64,000 bases of DNA from the human T2T-CHM13v2.0 reference genome, Homo sapiens: assembly GCF_009914755.1 (NCBI RefSeq), contig NC_060927.1, one strand, 5' to 3'. The notes under the pieces were generated by a model, which ran no database searches, was not told where the DNA came from, and saw only the letters and a program-made list of their open reading frames with translations. A program made the position numbers and the translations under genes. Below, in pieces: positions 13,945-28,182 of this stretch; positions within the stretch are counted from its first letter, which is position 1, and each line of letters begins with the position of its first letter.

Positions 13945-14489
13945 CAAACTTTTTAATTCTTCATTCTTTATCAAAGCATTCTACTACTTATCTTCCTCAA
14001 ACATTATCTGTTCCCTATCCTTAAGTGCTGTAGATAATTACTACTCTCTACAAAAGTTCTGTTTTACTGCTTTATTTTTTGAAGAAGATTCCATTTGTGG
14101 ATTGTATTTGATTTTCACTGCTATGACCTTGTCCTTTTTGCCATGAATGTGTATATCTGTCATAGTTCATTCTATACCCTTTCTCACCAAATGTATTGTT
14201 GTCTTTCTAATTACTTGCTATTGTTAAGGTCATTTCTGAATGTCCTCAAAAGTAATTAGCATACTAAACAAAAGAGTGAAATAAATGAATATATAAATAA
14301 ATCCTTTTGTCTTCAAAATTTACAAGTAGTAAGAAGACATAAAAGCTGATTTCAAGGTATGAATATTGCATAGCTCAATGTTTCCCATTTTACATGAACA
14401 CTGAGTAAATATATAACCACTCCCCTAATTTCTTAGTGTTTGAACTTGCTAAATCCTTAAAATGCTATAAGGTATATACATAAACTACA

Positions 14490-14645
14490 GTTATATAGAA
14501 GAAATAAATGATATGTATTTAAGGTGCTAGATATGCAAATTTTCTTGATTTATTCATTCCACACTGTAGACATATTATAACATCACGGTATACCCAATAA
14601 TTATATATGAACATAATTTGTTAAAAAAATACTTAGTTAAAAAAT
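14490..14645 (+). mobile_element. L1MA 3' terminal fragment
   Basis: gaaataaatgatatgtatttaaggtg...catcacggtatacccaataa...ttgttaaaaaaat. Confidence 0.6.
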
Positions 14646-14649
14646 AAAG

Positions 14650-15049
14650 TTCTGTAATTCGAATGTTTGTTTCCTCCAAAACTCATGCTGAAATTTAATT
14701 GCCATTGTAACGAATTAGGAGGTGGAACCTTTAATAGGTGATTAGGTCATGACAGTTTCACCCTCGTGGGTGGGATTGGTGCTATATTAAAGACTGTGCT
14801 TAATCCCCTCTTGCTCTCTCTTGGCCCTTCTGCCTTTTGCCATATAAGCATCCAGCTTTCTTTCTCTCCAGGGAATGCAGAGCACAAGGTTCCATCTTGA
14901 AAAAAGAGAATGGCCTCACCAGACACCACACCTGTGGTACCTTGACCTCGGATTTCCCAGTCCCCAGAACTGTGAGCTAATGCATTTCTGTTATTTACAA
15001 ATTGCTCTCACAAGTATTCTGCTATAGCAGCATAAATTAGACTAAACCA
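14650..15049 (+). mobile_element. MST (MSTD/MSTC-like) solo LTR
   Basis: ctccaaaactcatgctgaaatttaattgcc...cttgacctcggatttcccag...cagaactgtgag...gctatagcagca...gactaa. Confidence 0.8.
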
Positions 15050-15269
15050 GAGTGAATCAAGAAACTTAAAATAACTTATTTATCCTGCTACTGTCTTGCC
15101 TTAATTCATAGGCAGACCTAGAATATGAATCACACAAAACATTGTTTAACTGTCACCACGGTATTAATTACTCTTTGGTACAGAAAAAATAATTTTTTTT
15201 TTTTTGCCAAAAAAAAGTCTATAAAGTATTATTATTTTTTTCTTCTTTTTAATGCTAGTATTCCCTGTT

Positions 15270-15350
15270 TTATTTTATTTTATTTATTTATTTATTTATT
15301 TTTGAGGCGGAGTCTCACTCCGTTGCCCAGACTGGAGTGCAGTGGTGCGA
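15270..15350 (-). mobile_element. Severely 5'-truncated Alu (about 47 bp plus tail)
   Basis: tttgaggcggagtctcactc...gcagtggtgcga. TSD tattcc(c/t)tgtt at 15259-15269 and 15352-15362. Confidence 0.9.
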
Positions 15351-15559
15351 ATATTCCTTGTTATTAATCTAAATTTGGATTTCAAAGCCATTCTTAATAC
15401 TTTCCCACCTCATCTAAAAATCATCTCTCCACTTGTATAATATGTACTCTCCACTCCAATGAGGCCAATTTCTAGTCACCCCCCTTTCCACCCCACTACA
15501 CTATAGTGAATATCTGGCTTTTTTTTTTTTTTTTGGTCTCTCCAACATCCCCTCCATTG

Positions 15560-16398
<839 letters not shown>

Positions 16399-17450
16399 TT
16401 ACACCTATATTTAGAGTAAACTTAGTTTCTGGTTTGCCTGGGAAAATTCAAGGTAAAAATTGTTGTTTTAGCATCTCATCCCACTTAGTGTTTGTCCCAA
16501 TATTTTCCATGTATTTAATAAAACTATATTACTAAAAGGTACATTAACAAATACTAGAAAGAATTTTGTAGACCTCCACTTTGTGCTTCCAATTTTTGTT
16601 TTCAATTCAGAGTGTGAGTACAGTGACCAGCATTTGCACATTAATATCTGCTTTAATATGAAAGATAGCCACTGTAACTTGTATCAATTTTTCTTTGTTT
16701 TACAGACACAAAGTAATGAAAAAGTTGCACTTTCAAAGACCGAGTAGGTACTTGCTGATAAAGTGAATTGTCCACAGATGCAAATGCTTACATTAGAGAT
16801 AGCCAGCTCTTCTGGTCTCAGGTGTTAAAGTAAAGAGCATTCCATACTGCTGCCCTTGCCAGTAACTTCCTGTGATAGAAGTTTATGCTGTGGCCTATAT
16901 TATGCCATACAAAATACACAAAACTCCAGATAACATTGAGAAATTACTTTATGTACTTCAGAAGTACATAAAATATGTCATAGAAACGAAGGCTCAGGTT
17001 TAGCTACAGAGATTATAGTCTATTTTTTATATAATGTTTTATTATCTACAGTGTTTTATTTTATTGTTATGAAATATATTTCTTAAATAAAAATGATTCA
17101 AAATGCTTAGTCACTGAAAAATTATATAATTTTGCAGAATTAAATTTGGCAAACATTCAAAGGAATAATTAATTAAGAATCTTACTTGAAAAATTTGGTC
17201 TTGTAAAAACATACATATGAAAGAAAGGCACTCTGAGTGTGGGCAAAAAGAAGTACCGGAGGAAATATTTGAGCTAAAATATTTATGAATTCAATACAAA
17301 AAAAAAAAGAATTAATTATATCCTCAGAATTGGCCTTGAGTTTACCAAGTTTCTTAGAACCTGTAACAAGAGTATTTTATAAATTAAAAATACGATTCTC
17401 TTCAGAAAAAAGTCAAAAACTGAATCAACAGTTTCAAATTTAGAAAATAA

Positions 17451-17728
17451 TGTGTATAGTGACTAGATCAGGATATTGAACCTATGCATCCTCTCAAACA
17501 TTTCTCATTTATTTGTGTTGAGAACATTCAAGACTCTCCTTCTAGCTATCTGAAACTGTTATTGTTAACTGTAGTCATCCTACAGTGCTATAGAACATTA
17601 GAACTTATTCCTCCTACCTAGCTATAATTTTGTATCCTTTAACAAATGCATTATATTTATGGCCACATCATTATGTAACCCATAAAAATGTACAATTATT
17701 ATGTTTCAATTATAAATTTTAAAAATAA
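17451..17728 (+). mobile_element. L1MA 3' end with a 5' inversion (minus segment 17451-17647, plus segment 17648-17728)
   Basis: An antisense L1MA 3' UTR block abuts the sense terminal block acatcattatgtaacccataaaaatgtacaattattatg. Confidence 0.75.
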
Positions 17729-17915
17729 TTTCTTTAAAATGAAAAGATTAAAAAAGATGAAGGGTATTTTAGGCAGAAAGAATAATGGTATTACAGGATT
17801 TTGTCAGTTCTATAAAGTAGCATATTTCAATTTAAAATACATTTCATTTTTTAAGTTAAGAAAGAAAATGTTATATTGAAAAATATTGCAGGGAGTTTTA
17901 TAAGAAATTTTAAGG

Positions 17916-18565
17916 ACTGATAGTTAAATTTATGTGTCAGCTTGGCTAGGCTATGGTACTCAGTTGTTTAGCAAAACACTAGTCTATATTGTTGCTGTGA
18001 AGGTATTTTGTAGATGTGATTAACAATGAATTGACATTCAGTAAATAAGACTACTCTTAATAATGTGAATGGTCCTCATCCAATAATTGAAAGGTGTTAA
18101 GAGCTAAATTTGAAGTGTATTGGCGTATGGGCCCATTTTCACACTGCTGATAAAGACATACTCAAGACTGGGCAATTTACAAAGGAAAGAGGCTTAATGG
18201 AGAACTCACACTTTCACGTGGCTGGGGAAGCCTCAGAATCATGGCGGAAGGTGAGGAGGAGCAAGTCACATCTTACATGGATGGCAGCAGGGAAAGAGAG
18301 CTTAGATAGGAAAACTCCCCCTTATACTAACCATCAGGTCTCATGAGATTTACTCACTATCATGAGAACAGCACAGGAAAGACCTGCCCCCATGATTCAA
18401 TTACCTCCCACCGGGTCCCTCCCACAACACATGAGAATTCAAGATGAGATTTGGGTGGGAACAAAGCCAAACCATATCAATTGGAGACGAAGACATTCTG
18501 CCTTAAGACTGTAACATAGAAATCCTTTCCCAATTTCCAATTTGATGGCCTGCCCAACAGATCCT
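17916..18565 (+). mobile_element. MLT2 (D-like) ERVL LTR interrupted by THE1
   Basis: tgatagttaaatttatgtgtcagcttggctaggctatggt...; resumes at 18485 with attctgccttaagactgtaaca. Confidence 0.8.
18124..18479 (-). mobile_element. THE1B-like solo LTR
   Basis: ccattttcacactgctgataaagacata...gagatttgggtgggaacaaagccaaaccatatca. 5-bp TSD attgg (18119-18123, 18480-18484). Confidence 0.92.
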
Positions 18566-19526
18566 CAAATAGACCTCAAGAAGCAAAACAGTTTATTGTA
18601 TTTGGAATGTATCCAAAGAAAACCTTACAGACATTTTCCATGTCCTAGTATGAAATGAAGAAGCAGAATGACTCCTATGTTTTTAAACATAGCAAACTAT
18701 CATAGAGACTAAACAGATCTCAACAAACCAAATGAGAGGAATAAAAAGCACCTACGGGGATACTCTCTTCAACCAAGACCAAGGAAAGGTGGCTGATTGA
18801 GCTGATGGCTAAAGGGACAGATGACATCTATTACCAGACAGATCCACTTACAAATGCCTTCATACCATGACAGTCTTGCAAACATAGATCCAGCTTTGGA
18901 GAGGACAGAAACTGAAATTGTTGGGAATAGTGTTTTGAACTCAGCCAAAGTAATGGCTCAAAACTAAATATAAGCTTACTTAGAGATAATTCAGTTTTAT
19001 ATTTTAAGGTGAATTTGTAGATAAGAATTATGTAATCAAACACCTATTCATGATTAAAAAAAAACTTTAAAGAAAACTAGTTATAGTGGGGACCACTTCT
19101 TACTTGATAAAGCACAGGTAAAGGAAAAAAAAAGAAGAAAAATACTTGCATATAACATCATACTTAATGGTGAAGAAATGAAGTTTTCCCATTAAAGTGA
19201 GAAACAAAGCAAGGATGGCTACTTCACCACTCCTATTTATCATACAGAAAGTCCTGGCTAATGCAATAAAACAAGAAAATAAAATAAAAGTATACAGATT
19301 TAGAAGGAAGAAATAAAACTGTCTTTGTTCACAATAATGTGATTGTCTATAAATAAAAGTATCAAATATCAAAAGTATCAGATATGTAAAGTATCAATAA
19401 AAAGTCTCCTGGAACTAGTAAGTGTTTATAGCAAGACGACAGGATAAAAGTTTAATACACGAAGGCCAATTGCTTCTTACATACCAAAAATAAACAATTG
19501 GAATGTAAAATTAAAAACATAATACT

Positions 19527-19817
19527 GGCCAGGCATGGTGGCTCATGCCTGTAATCCCAGCACTTTGAGAGGCCAAAGTAAGTGGATAGCTTGAGTCCAG
19601 GAGCTCGTGAACAGCCTAGGCAACATGGCAAAACCCAGTTTCTACCAAAAATAAAAAATTGGCCAGGCATGGTGGTGCACGCCCCTAGTCCCAGCTAACT
19701 GGGAGAATCTCCGAAGCCAAGTAGGTGGAGGCTGTCGTGAGACATGACCACTTTACTGTACTCCAGCCTGGGTGACAGAGTGAGACCTTTTCCAAAAGAA
19801 ACAACAACAACCAAAAA
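19527..19817 (+). mobile_element. AluJ (Jb-like)
   Basis: J diagnostics (gcttgagtccaggag, gcaacatggcaaaacc). TSD-like aaaacataa. Confidence 0.9.
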
Positions 19818-19925
19818 TCCCAGAAAACATAAACCATTTATATTCACAAAAATGAGATACTAACATATATATATGGCAAATAAAATTTTATATGAAGAAA
19901 ACTATAAATCTCTCAAGAAAGAAAA

Positions 19926-20238
<313 letters not shown>

Positions 20239-20304
20239 CTAACAAAATAGAGATGTATCCTGTGTTAATGGATAAGAAGACAATATTGTTAAAATGTCAG
20301 TTCT

Positions 20305-20608
<304 letters not shown>

Positions 20609-22358
20609 TCACTTCTTTCCAATTTGATCTACAGACTCAATGCAATCCCAATAAATATTCCAACAATTTTTTCTTTATATATTTATAAACAGATTCCAAA
20701 GTTTATATGGAGAAGCAAAAGACTTAGAATAGCCAATACAATATTGAAGAGAAGAATAAAGTTGGAGGAATGGTGCAATCCAATTTCAAAATATACTATA
20801 AATCTACAGAAGTCAAGATAGTGTGGTACTGCTGAAAAAACTGGCAAATATATCAAAGGAACAGAACAGCAAGAAATTGACACACTCAAATATAGTCAGC
20901 TGATATTTGACAATGTGAGCAAAGGCAATTCAGTGGAGAATAGTCTTTTCAACAAACTTGGAACAACTGGAATCTGAAAACAAACCAAAACAATTTAGTC
21001 ACAAGTTTATATATCTTTCACAGAAATTAACTCAAAATGAATCACAGATCTAAATTTAAAATACAAAACTATAAAACTTTTAGAAGATAACATTGGTGAA
21101 ACTCTAGGTGACATTGTTTTTGGAAGTGACTGTTTATATACAAAACCAAAAGGATGATCCATTAAAGAAAAAAGTGATAAATTAGACTTTGTTAGCATTA
21201 AAACTGCTCTGCAAAAGACAATGTTAAGTGAGGGAAAAGACAAGACACATACTGAAAGAACATCTTTGAAAAACACATATCTGATAAAGGACAAGTATAA
21301 AAATATACAAATAACTTTTTAAACTTAAAAAAACCTTAGTTAAACATTGGAAAAAAATCTGAACATTCACTTCACCAAAGAAGACATACCAATTGCAAAT
21401 AAGCATTAGAAAAATCCTAACATCATATGTCATTAGAGAGTTGCAAATCAAAATAACAATGAGATACCACTATTCACCCATTGTAAGGGCTATAATCCAA
21501 AGCACTGTCAACAACAAATGCAGGATGTAAAACAACAGAAACTTATTCATTTCTTGTGGGAATGCAGAATGGTATCACTTTGGAATACTGTGGGCATTTT
21601 CTTACACCACTAAACATGCTCTTACCATGTGATCCAGAAATCACATTCCTTGGTATTTATTCGAATGAGATGAAAACTTATGTCCATGCAAAAACCTGCA
21701 CACCAATGTTTATAGTGGTTTTATTCCTACTTGCAAAAATTTAGATGCAACCAACATGTCCTTTCATAAAGATGAATGGATAAACAAACTGTGGTACATC
21801 CATACAATGAAATATTTTTCAGCAATAAAAAAAGACATGAATGAACTTTGAGTGCATATTGTTAAGTGAAGGAATCCAATCCGGGAAGGCTAAACGCTAT
21901 GTAATTCCAATTATTTGACCTTCCGGAAAAGGCAGTAAAAATATCAATCGTTCTTAGGGTTTTGGGGGGAGAGGAAGGAAGAGATGAGCAGGTGTGGGTC
22001 ATAGGGGATTTTTAGGGTAGTGAAATTGTGTGTGATACTGTAATAGTAGACAGATAACATTACACATTTTTCAAAACCCATAGAATGTACAACACAAAGA
22101 ATGTCCCCTGTTAGCTAAGGGTAATGACTTCAGGTAATAATAATGTAACAATATTGATTCATCAGTTGTAACAAATGTGCCGCACTAAGCAAGATGATAA
22201 TAATAATAATAACTATATGGTTGTTGTGAGTGTGGGGCAGTCGTGGGGAGGGAAATGAGTATATGGAAACTCAGTACTTTCCACTTAAAGTACTTTTCTG
22301 TAACTCTAAATCTTCTCTAAAAAGTAAAGTCTCATTTTTAAGTAATAAGAGTATATTA

Positions 22359-22616
<258 letters not shown>

Positions 22617-23839
22617 TTATGGAGGGGTGTGGGCGTGTGTATGTGTGTATAACAGGAAGAGAGGATAAAGAATAGAGAGGTGTAGTCCATGCTAAGAAGG
22701 GCCTTACATGTTCTGCTGAACATATAGAATATAGGCAGAAGCAGTTAATAATCTGTTAAATATTTTAAAGCAACATAATGACATCAGAATATTGTACTTA
22801 CCTGTATCAAAATTGTATATAACTATCACTATATATTTTTCATGAATTTTTATATGTAAAATAGAATAGAATCATGTTAGCCTTATTACAATTATATTTT
22901 TAACTTTTGAGGATATATAAGAAAAGCATCCCCTTCTTACTCTCTTGTTTTAACTAATAACAATGAAAAAATCACAGGGAATATACAAAAAAAATTTTTT
23001 GGAAAGAAACAAATATAGGCAGGTTGACTGTACCATGGCGCTCCAATTCCCCTCCCCTCTCAGTTTCTTGTCTTTACTGCTCACTGCCTCCCGGGATCCC
23101 ATAGTCAAGGGTACCTGATTTCTACTTTTTACTGGCAAAATGTATGTAAAACAAAATAAATGGAATTCAAAATTATGGAAAACTATCTTATAACATGATA
23201 AAACATATAAATATAATCAAATTTATAAAATAAATGTTTTGGATCAGCTTTCTAGGAAATTAAAATGCATTTAGTTCCTGCTTACCAGGATTGTTTTTTG
23301 TTTTCAAGTAAGCCAAATGGATGTGGATTACTCCTCTGAGGTGAATTGCTGATACATTATAGGTAATTAGTGGGGACAACAGGAGATTTCATGAGTAGAA
23401 AGTAAATATTTGTCTCTGTTATAGCTAGGTATTTGTGTACATATAAACTGTTAGGGTTTTATGTCCTGCCTCATCATTTCTATGAAAAGAAAAAGGAGTG
23501 TCATCATTTCAAGCTTTAGTACCATTCTGAGCATAGTAGGCTATCAAAAAATATTTTTGATAGTTGCATAATATTGAAAGTATAAAACACCTGGACAACA
23601 ATAATATAGAAACAGATTCATAATTAATTTGTTGTTTACTTATGACATTCTTTTCTTTGATTTATGGCGGCTACTAAAAGCCGCTGATCCCTAGGTCATA
23701 TCTCCAAAATAATTAAAAATGAAATTAAAGAGCATGATCTAAATGGTGAACATATGCATAGCAAGACTGGTGAGTGCATACAAATAATTTGTCAGTGATT
23801 TATGTCACAAAGCCCAACTGTTTCCTCTTAAAAACACAT

Positions 23840-24205
23840 CATATTTGCTTCCAAGCACTGTTACAACGAAGTGTCACAAACTAGGTACCTCAGAACAACA
23901 GAAACGTATTGTTTCACAATTTTTGGAGATTTGAAATACAAGATCGAAGTATGATAGGACTGGTTCCCTTTTGGGGCTGTGAGGAAGAATCTGCTTTATG
24001 TCTGTCTCCTAGATCCTTGTCCTTTGCTGGTTATCTTTGTCACTCTTTGGTTTGTAAGTTCATCACGTTGATCTCTACAATCATATTCACATCACTTTCT
24101 CCCTTTATGTAGTAGATATGTGCATGTCTGTCCTTGTATCCAAATTTCCCCCTTTTATAAAGACACCAGTCATAATGGATTAGGGGTCACCCTAAGACCT
24201 CATTT
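23840..24205 (-). mobile_element. MLT1C-like LTR, truncated at a MER41A insertion
   Basis: cacaaactaggt...aacaacagaaacgtattgtttcaca...ccaaatttccccctttt...gacaccagtcataatggattaggg. Confidence 0.8.
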
Positions 24206-24599
24206 TGTTACAGGACAGGGGTCCCGATCCAGATCCCACAAGAGAGTTCCTGGATCTCGCACAAGAAATAATTCAGGGCGAGTCCGCAGTGCAAAGTGAA
24301 AGCAAGTTTAGGAAAGTAAAGGAATGAAAGAATGGCTACTCCATAGACAGAGCAGCCCCGAGGGCTGCTAGTTGCCCATTTTTATGGTTATTTCTTGATG
24401 ATATGCTAAACAAGCGGTGCCTTGTTCATGCCTCCCCTTTTTAGACCCTATAGGGTAACTTCCTGATGTTGCCATGGCATTTGTAAACTGTCATGGCGCT
24501 GGTGGGCGTGTAACGGGAGAATGACCAGAGGTTACTCTTGTGGCCATTTTGATTTTGGTGGATTTTGGTTGGCTCCTTCACTGCAACCTGTTTTAGCAG
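24206..24599 (-). mobile_element. MER41A LTR (ERV1), 3' ~390 bp
   Basis: Reverse complement matches the MER41 3' end (…atgccatggcaacatcaggaagttaccctat…ggatcgggacccctgtcctgtaaca). It lacks the GAS-containing block of MER41B. Confidence 0.85.
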
Positions 24600-25480
24600 T
24601 GCTTTTCTCTCTCTCTCCTTTCCCTTTCTTATCTTTTTCTATTACTCAGGGCGACCATCTTGTCCAGAGACCTCGTGTTGTAACTCCTAGTTGGAGGTTG
24701 GATTAAAGATGATGGGGTCCATCTGAGGGCAAATTTAAGCCTTGCCAGTTTGATACTGGATGCTAAGCAGAGTGGCTAATGTCTATATTTTATCACATGT
24801 TTTGCTTTGGCCAGAACAACAACAACAAAACAAAAAACAAACAAACAAAAAATCCTTTAGGATGTGGCTTGGCCCCCAGGGCAATGGTGCCGCAAGCAAG
24901 ATCACTAGGGCCGCTCAGGGAAAGGGAACCCAGAACGCTGGCATGCCTGGAAAAGGGTAAGAATTTCTTACCAGTCAGATCTTTGGCTTCTCTCTCTCTC
25001 TGCAAATGGTTGAATGAATGGAAAGAAAAAATCAGTGTTTATCTCCTCTGTAATGTTTTGATTAAAGAGAAAAAGAATTTAAGGCTCGTCTTAACGCTGG
25101 TGTATTTTGTGCTATGAATTCGTTTTTCTGTAAAATAAAACATGGACTTAGAACACCTGTAAGTCAGCTTTTCAAGATGACCCAGCAAGCTGGTCAGTAA
25201 CAAACTTGGCTGCAGGCCTCTGACACAAAACAAAAAAAAAAAACTGGATGAAGTCTTCGCTTTGTTTTATGTCCTTGGGAGCTTGACCTTTTAACCAGGT
25301 GGCGGTAATTTCTCTTCTTCTCCACCTTCCAGGGAACAGGAATTTTAGAGTTCATGTCATAGTTAGGTCTAAAAATCATATTAAATGTTGAAAGCCTTTC
25401 AAGCTCAGAATTAACTACTCTAGACTCCTTCTGGGGAAGGAACTAGAGACAGTCCCATGCTGTAGCTCAGTAGTCAAGGT
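24600..25480 (+). mobile_element. MER4-group (MER41-int-like) ERV internal leader fragment
   Basis: aaatttaagccttgccagtttgat...gctcagggaaagggaacccagaa...aaagggtaagaatttcttaccagtcag. Orientation is from recall. Confidence 0.65.
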
Positions 25481-28143
25481 TCAATTCCCCACCTAGGAAG
25501 TAAGTCGTTAATTTATGTGTGTATTTCTAATTGTTTCTTATTTTTATTATAATAAATTTTATAGGGTACTCAGATATTATCCAACTGCTAAGGAATGTTT
25601 TTTGTTCAACTATAATTTTAAACTACTTATTTCTTTTTCTTTTGAACTATATTTGTGGGTCATGATGATAAATTAGGAACTATTAGGCAAAAATACTTAC
25701 TAATTTACAGGTTGTTTTAGAGGAAGAAGTATATCTCCTTTCCAACATCTGTACATGCTTGAGTGTTGTTTTTTTCTTTTTGAATAAGTGATTCTGCTTT
25801 AATTACAATTTCAAAAGATTTCTACCTCTATGTATATTTATCCAAATGTTTAAGTAATCATCACATGTAGCCACACTATTTTAAATACGAATCAGATTAT
25901 ATCCTTCCTTTGTTTTGCGTTACTGCTGGAATAAATATGTTCTCATATTTACAGCCCGAAATACCTTACCTGAAATGGCCTATGCTTGCCTTAAACACAC
26001 TGGCCTTTTCAATACTAAACACCACACACTTGTTCTCATCTCAATGCTTCCACTGTTCCAGGCTACTCCAGGATTATTGCATGGTTACCTTCTTCCAGTT
26101 ATTTATTTATTTCTTGGTTCAAATGCCCTATTGTCCTGATGGCTGGGATTGGATATAAACACCATGTTATCTTCCATTTTCTCCAACTCTTCATTGCCTA
26201 TATATTCTTTTCACCCAAGAGCTAAGGAAAAAAAACCTATTTGTTCAAGCAAGATTCCTGGAACCATTAGCTTGACATTTCAGGCTAAAATGGGGTATTT
26301 TACAACATAAAAAGGAAGAAAACAATGGACAAAACTTAAATCTTGATGAAAAGAGGAAAATTTAAAAATAATATGCAGTCACTAAACATGAAAATTTTAA
26401 TGAAACTGAAAAATAATTATCATATGGTAAATAAAATACAGAACGCAATAGGTTGTTCATAGTTCCTGTGCACAAGATATAAAAAGAAAAATTCTATCTA
26501 TATGTCATTTACCTATCATCTGTCTACAATGTGATTAAAATAAAAATGTATTAAAAAATAATTGTGATTGTCTCCAGATGAAAGAATTATAGCGGTACCT
26601 ACTTTTATCAATTTCTATTGTAATGAGCATGCAATACATTGAATATAAAAATTTTAGACTCCCAAAATATATTACAAATCAAAATAGTTTATGTATCTGT
26701 CAATCTGTCAAACAAATTTGCATATATATATAGTTAAGTTAAATATTTAACTTTTCCTTCCAGAATTTTTTCATATGCATGAAATTTAATTGTTATATAC
26801 ATAATATTTGGAGTTTTTCTTCGCTTAAGGCCTCAAGATGTTTAAATATTACTTATATTTTTAAAAATGTGTATAACTCTTATTTAACATTGATTTTATT
26901 TGCTTCATATTCTCACAATGAATTCTCAGGAGTGGTATTGCTATGTCAAAGATTATGTAAAATTTAAGGCCATCCATAAGCGGATCTCAGTTGGATATTT
27001 CTCTTTCCCAGTGACTTCATGCCCTCTTCCTACTTCAATTTCTACTCAGTTTTCACTTGTCATCCTGTTGATTAACATCTTAACAATCTCTTCTTTCTAC
27101 AACATTGTGTGAGTATTCTCTTGCATGAAAAATTCAAAAGTTTCATTTATTAATTGAGAGATAGTATATGGTGTTTTGCTTTGTCCTTAATGCCCTATTT
27201 TGTGTAGAATATCAATTGCATTTTATTGAAATATGCTGAGTTTCCTTGGAAAATGAATTTCTAGACAATATTTTTTAATATCTTCAAATTTATCCTACGT
27301 TTTTACCCACCATCTTCAATTTATGATTTGTTAATTGTAACTGAAATGTATTAATTATTTTTATATTGCTTTCTGGTGACTATTCAAAATCAGTCTATTG
27401 TTTTTCTGCTTCATAATTTATATAAAAGGAAATTTTATACAAATTAACAATTGAGCTTGGAGAGTTCTGTACTTGATCATTTCTTGGTTTGTGTATATCC
27501 TTTAAGTTTTTTTTTTGCTAAAATTATCAGAAGTTACTATCATACATTAATAGATGCATTCAGTTGATGTTTAATGAATTTGTATGTGCCATTCACTGTT
27601 TGCTTCGACCTCATTATAGTCTTTATTTACTACTTGTTTCTACTTCACTTTTTAATAAATATGGGATTGAACCTTTATATTTCCTTTACATTTTCAGTTC
27701 ACCTTCTTCCAGAATACTCAATTTTATTTCTCTTTTCTTTAGAAAATAATTATTATATTCTATGTGAATCTTTCCTTCTCTTTTCTTTTGTATTCAGTAT
27801 ACATAAACCATAATCACTATGTATGATGGTATTAGTGATATGGTATTATGGTATTATGGTAAGAGTATTAAACTTCTTATGTCAATCTATTTATAAATAT
27901 TTATAAATGTCAACATTTTAGGACCCTCACAAATGATATATATTTCTTCTAGAAATAACAGTTTTAGACTTGCAGAAAAGTGAAGAATAGAATTTGTAAA
28001 TATTTATAGATGAGTGTGTGAATTACTGCTTCCAAGATAAATTAAAAATCCATTTATTTGGTAAATGTCCTCTAATATATAGTTCCTTATTATCATGATT
28101 TAGACTGTATCATGTCTATTCAATGCATTCATTTCTCAGAGAG

Positions 28144-28182
28144 CTAGTTCCTCAAACTCCAATTCAGAGTTTGAGGAACTAG
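28144..28182. repeat. Perfect 16-bp inverted repeat with a 7-nt spacer
   Basis: ctagttcctcaaactc-caattca-gagtttgaggaactag. Confidence 0.95.

Noticed and set aside
16405-16500. Possible hAT (MER94-like) fragment; similar weak DNA-transposon hints near 29600-29760, 53990-54090 and 58690-58850
   Set aside because: Too degenerate to assign by eye.
23667-23684. Short GC hairpin gcggct-actaaa-agccgc resembling a terminator
   Set aside because: A 6-bp stem is expected by chance, and intrinsic terminators are irrelevant in this genome.
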